Source: Eledone cirrhosa (taxonomy: Eukaryota). Taken from it: a stretch of 64,000 nucleotides of DNA. The notes below the pieces were generated by a model that was not told the DNA's origin, did no database searches, and saw only the letters and a program-made list of their open reading frames with translations. The stretch lies in contig OZ024754.1 of the NCBI GenBank assembly GCA_964016885.1, positions 39,370,001 through 39,434,000 on the forward strand. Reading direction: 5' to 3'. Made by a program: the position numbers and the translations under genes. Of the stretch, positions 63,183 to 64,000 are shown in pieces (position 1 is the first letter of the stretch; each line of letters opens with the position of its first letter).

Positions 63183-64000
63183 TTAAATATGAACATTTTA
63201 AAATCAAATGGCTATCATCATCATCACCGTTTAATGTCCATTTTCCATGCTTTCATGGGTTAGGCATGTTGTCCACAACATGAGACAAGTCTGGCCAGAT
63301 TGGCCGTGTCCTACTTTGTTCAGATGGAACTGTAAAATTTGGCCAGAATTTTTACAGCTGGCTGTCCTTCCTAGCATCAACCACATTTTCAGTGTGGGCA
63401 GGATGGCGCCGTTATGAGGAGAGACAGGCCAGTTGGCTGCACCATACCCGGCCCACACTGGAACCAGTTTCGGAGCCACAACCACATTGACAGTGTGGGG
63501 CTAGATGGCACCAATATGAGGAGGATCAGACCAGTTGACCGTTCCATAAAACCAAGGCTAGTTTCAGGTGGTCTGGTGATGACAGGGTTAAATGATATTA
63601 ATGTAACACTTTTGATATCAAACCATCTGAAACTGTCAAAGGTTTTTAGTATATGAAGAGTTTGTTTGTATTCATCTCAAAAACCTTCCATCCTAATTTC
63701 ATATAAAAGAACCTTTGTCAAGTTATGTTCCAAACACCAGCTTAATAATGAGAAAATTAGTTATATTACTAAATGCCTCCAAATTCTTGTTTATTTTCAA
63801 AATGATTTGAAAATTATAGGCAGTGTTCTTCATTAGAAATATTGTAACATGTGTGTGTGTGTGCAAGTGTGTGTGTGTTTGTGTGTGTCTGTCTCTGTGT
63901 AGTGGTTCTAATAGAACACCAAATCAATAATAAACATTCAATACTGAAATGTATTGGTAGAATATAGAAAATGAACATATATCAAAACACCTGATCACTT

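Overview
Eukaryotic, AT-rich, repeat-saturated DNA. The SINE families, (TA)n/(GAT)n microsatellite load and MITEs look like a coleoid cephalopod (Octopus-type) genome; that assignment is inference. The only well-supported host gene is on the minus strand. Nine GT-AG exons (55424 down to 45602) splice in frame to 297 aa plus a stop, the C-terminal DUF4211 part of a QSER1/PRR12-like protein, whose 5' part probably lies beyond the window. A possible promoter or first exon of a second minus-strand gene lies near 12.1-12.6 kb (low confidence). The rest is two abundant tRNA-derived SINE families, piggyBac-type (TTAA), hAT and Tc1/mariner MITEs, a Helitron nested in a MITE, truncated RTE and CRE-like LINE ends, about a dozen 26-58 bp minisatellites and several long palindromes. 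The most interesting signals are (i) several hammerhead-ribozyme motifs of the Penelope/retrozyme type, one essentially complete at 30319-30389, often inside short fold-back elements in (TA)n tracts; (ii) competing inverted MITEs bracketing four exons of the gene, a candidate for dsRNA, ADAR editing or circRNA; and (iii) a SINE-internal 48-bp module that behaves as a VNTR. Almost all ORF-track entries are repeat artefacts.
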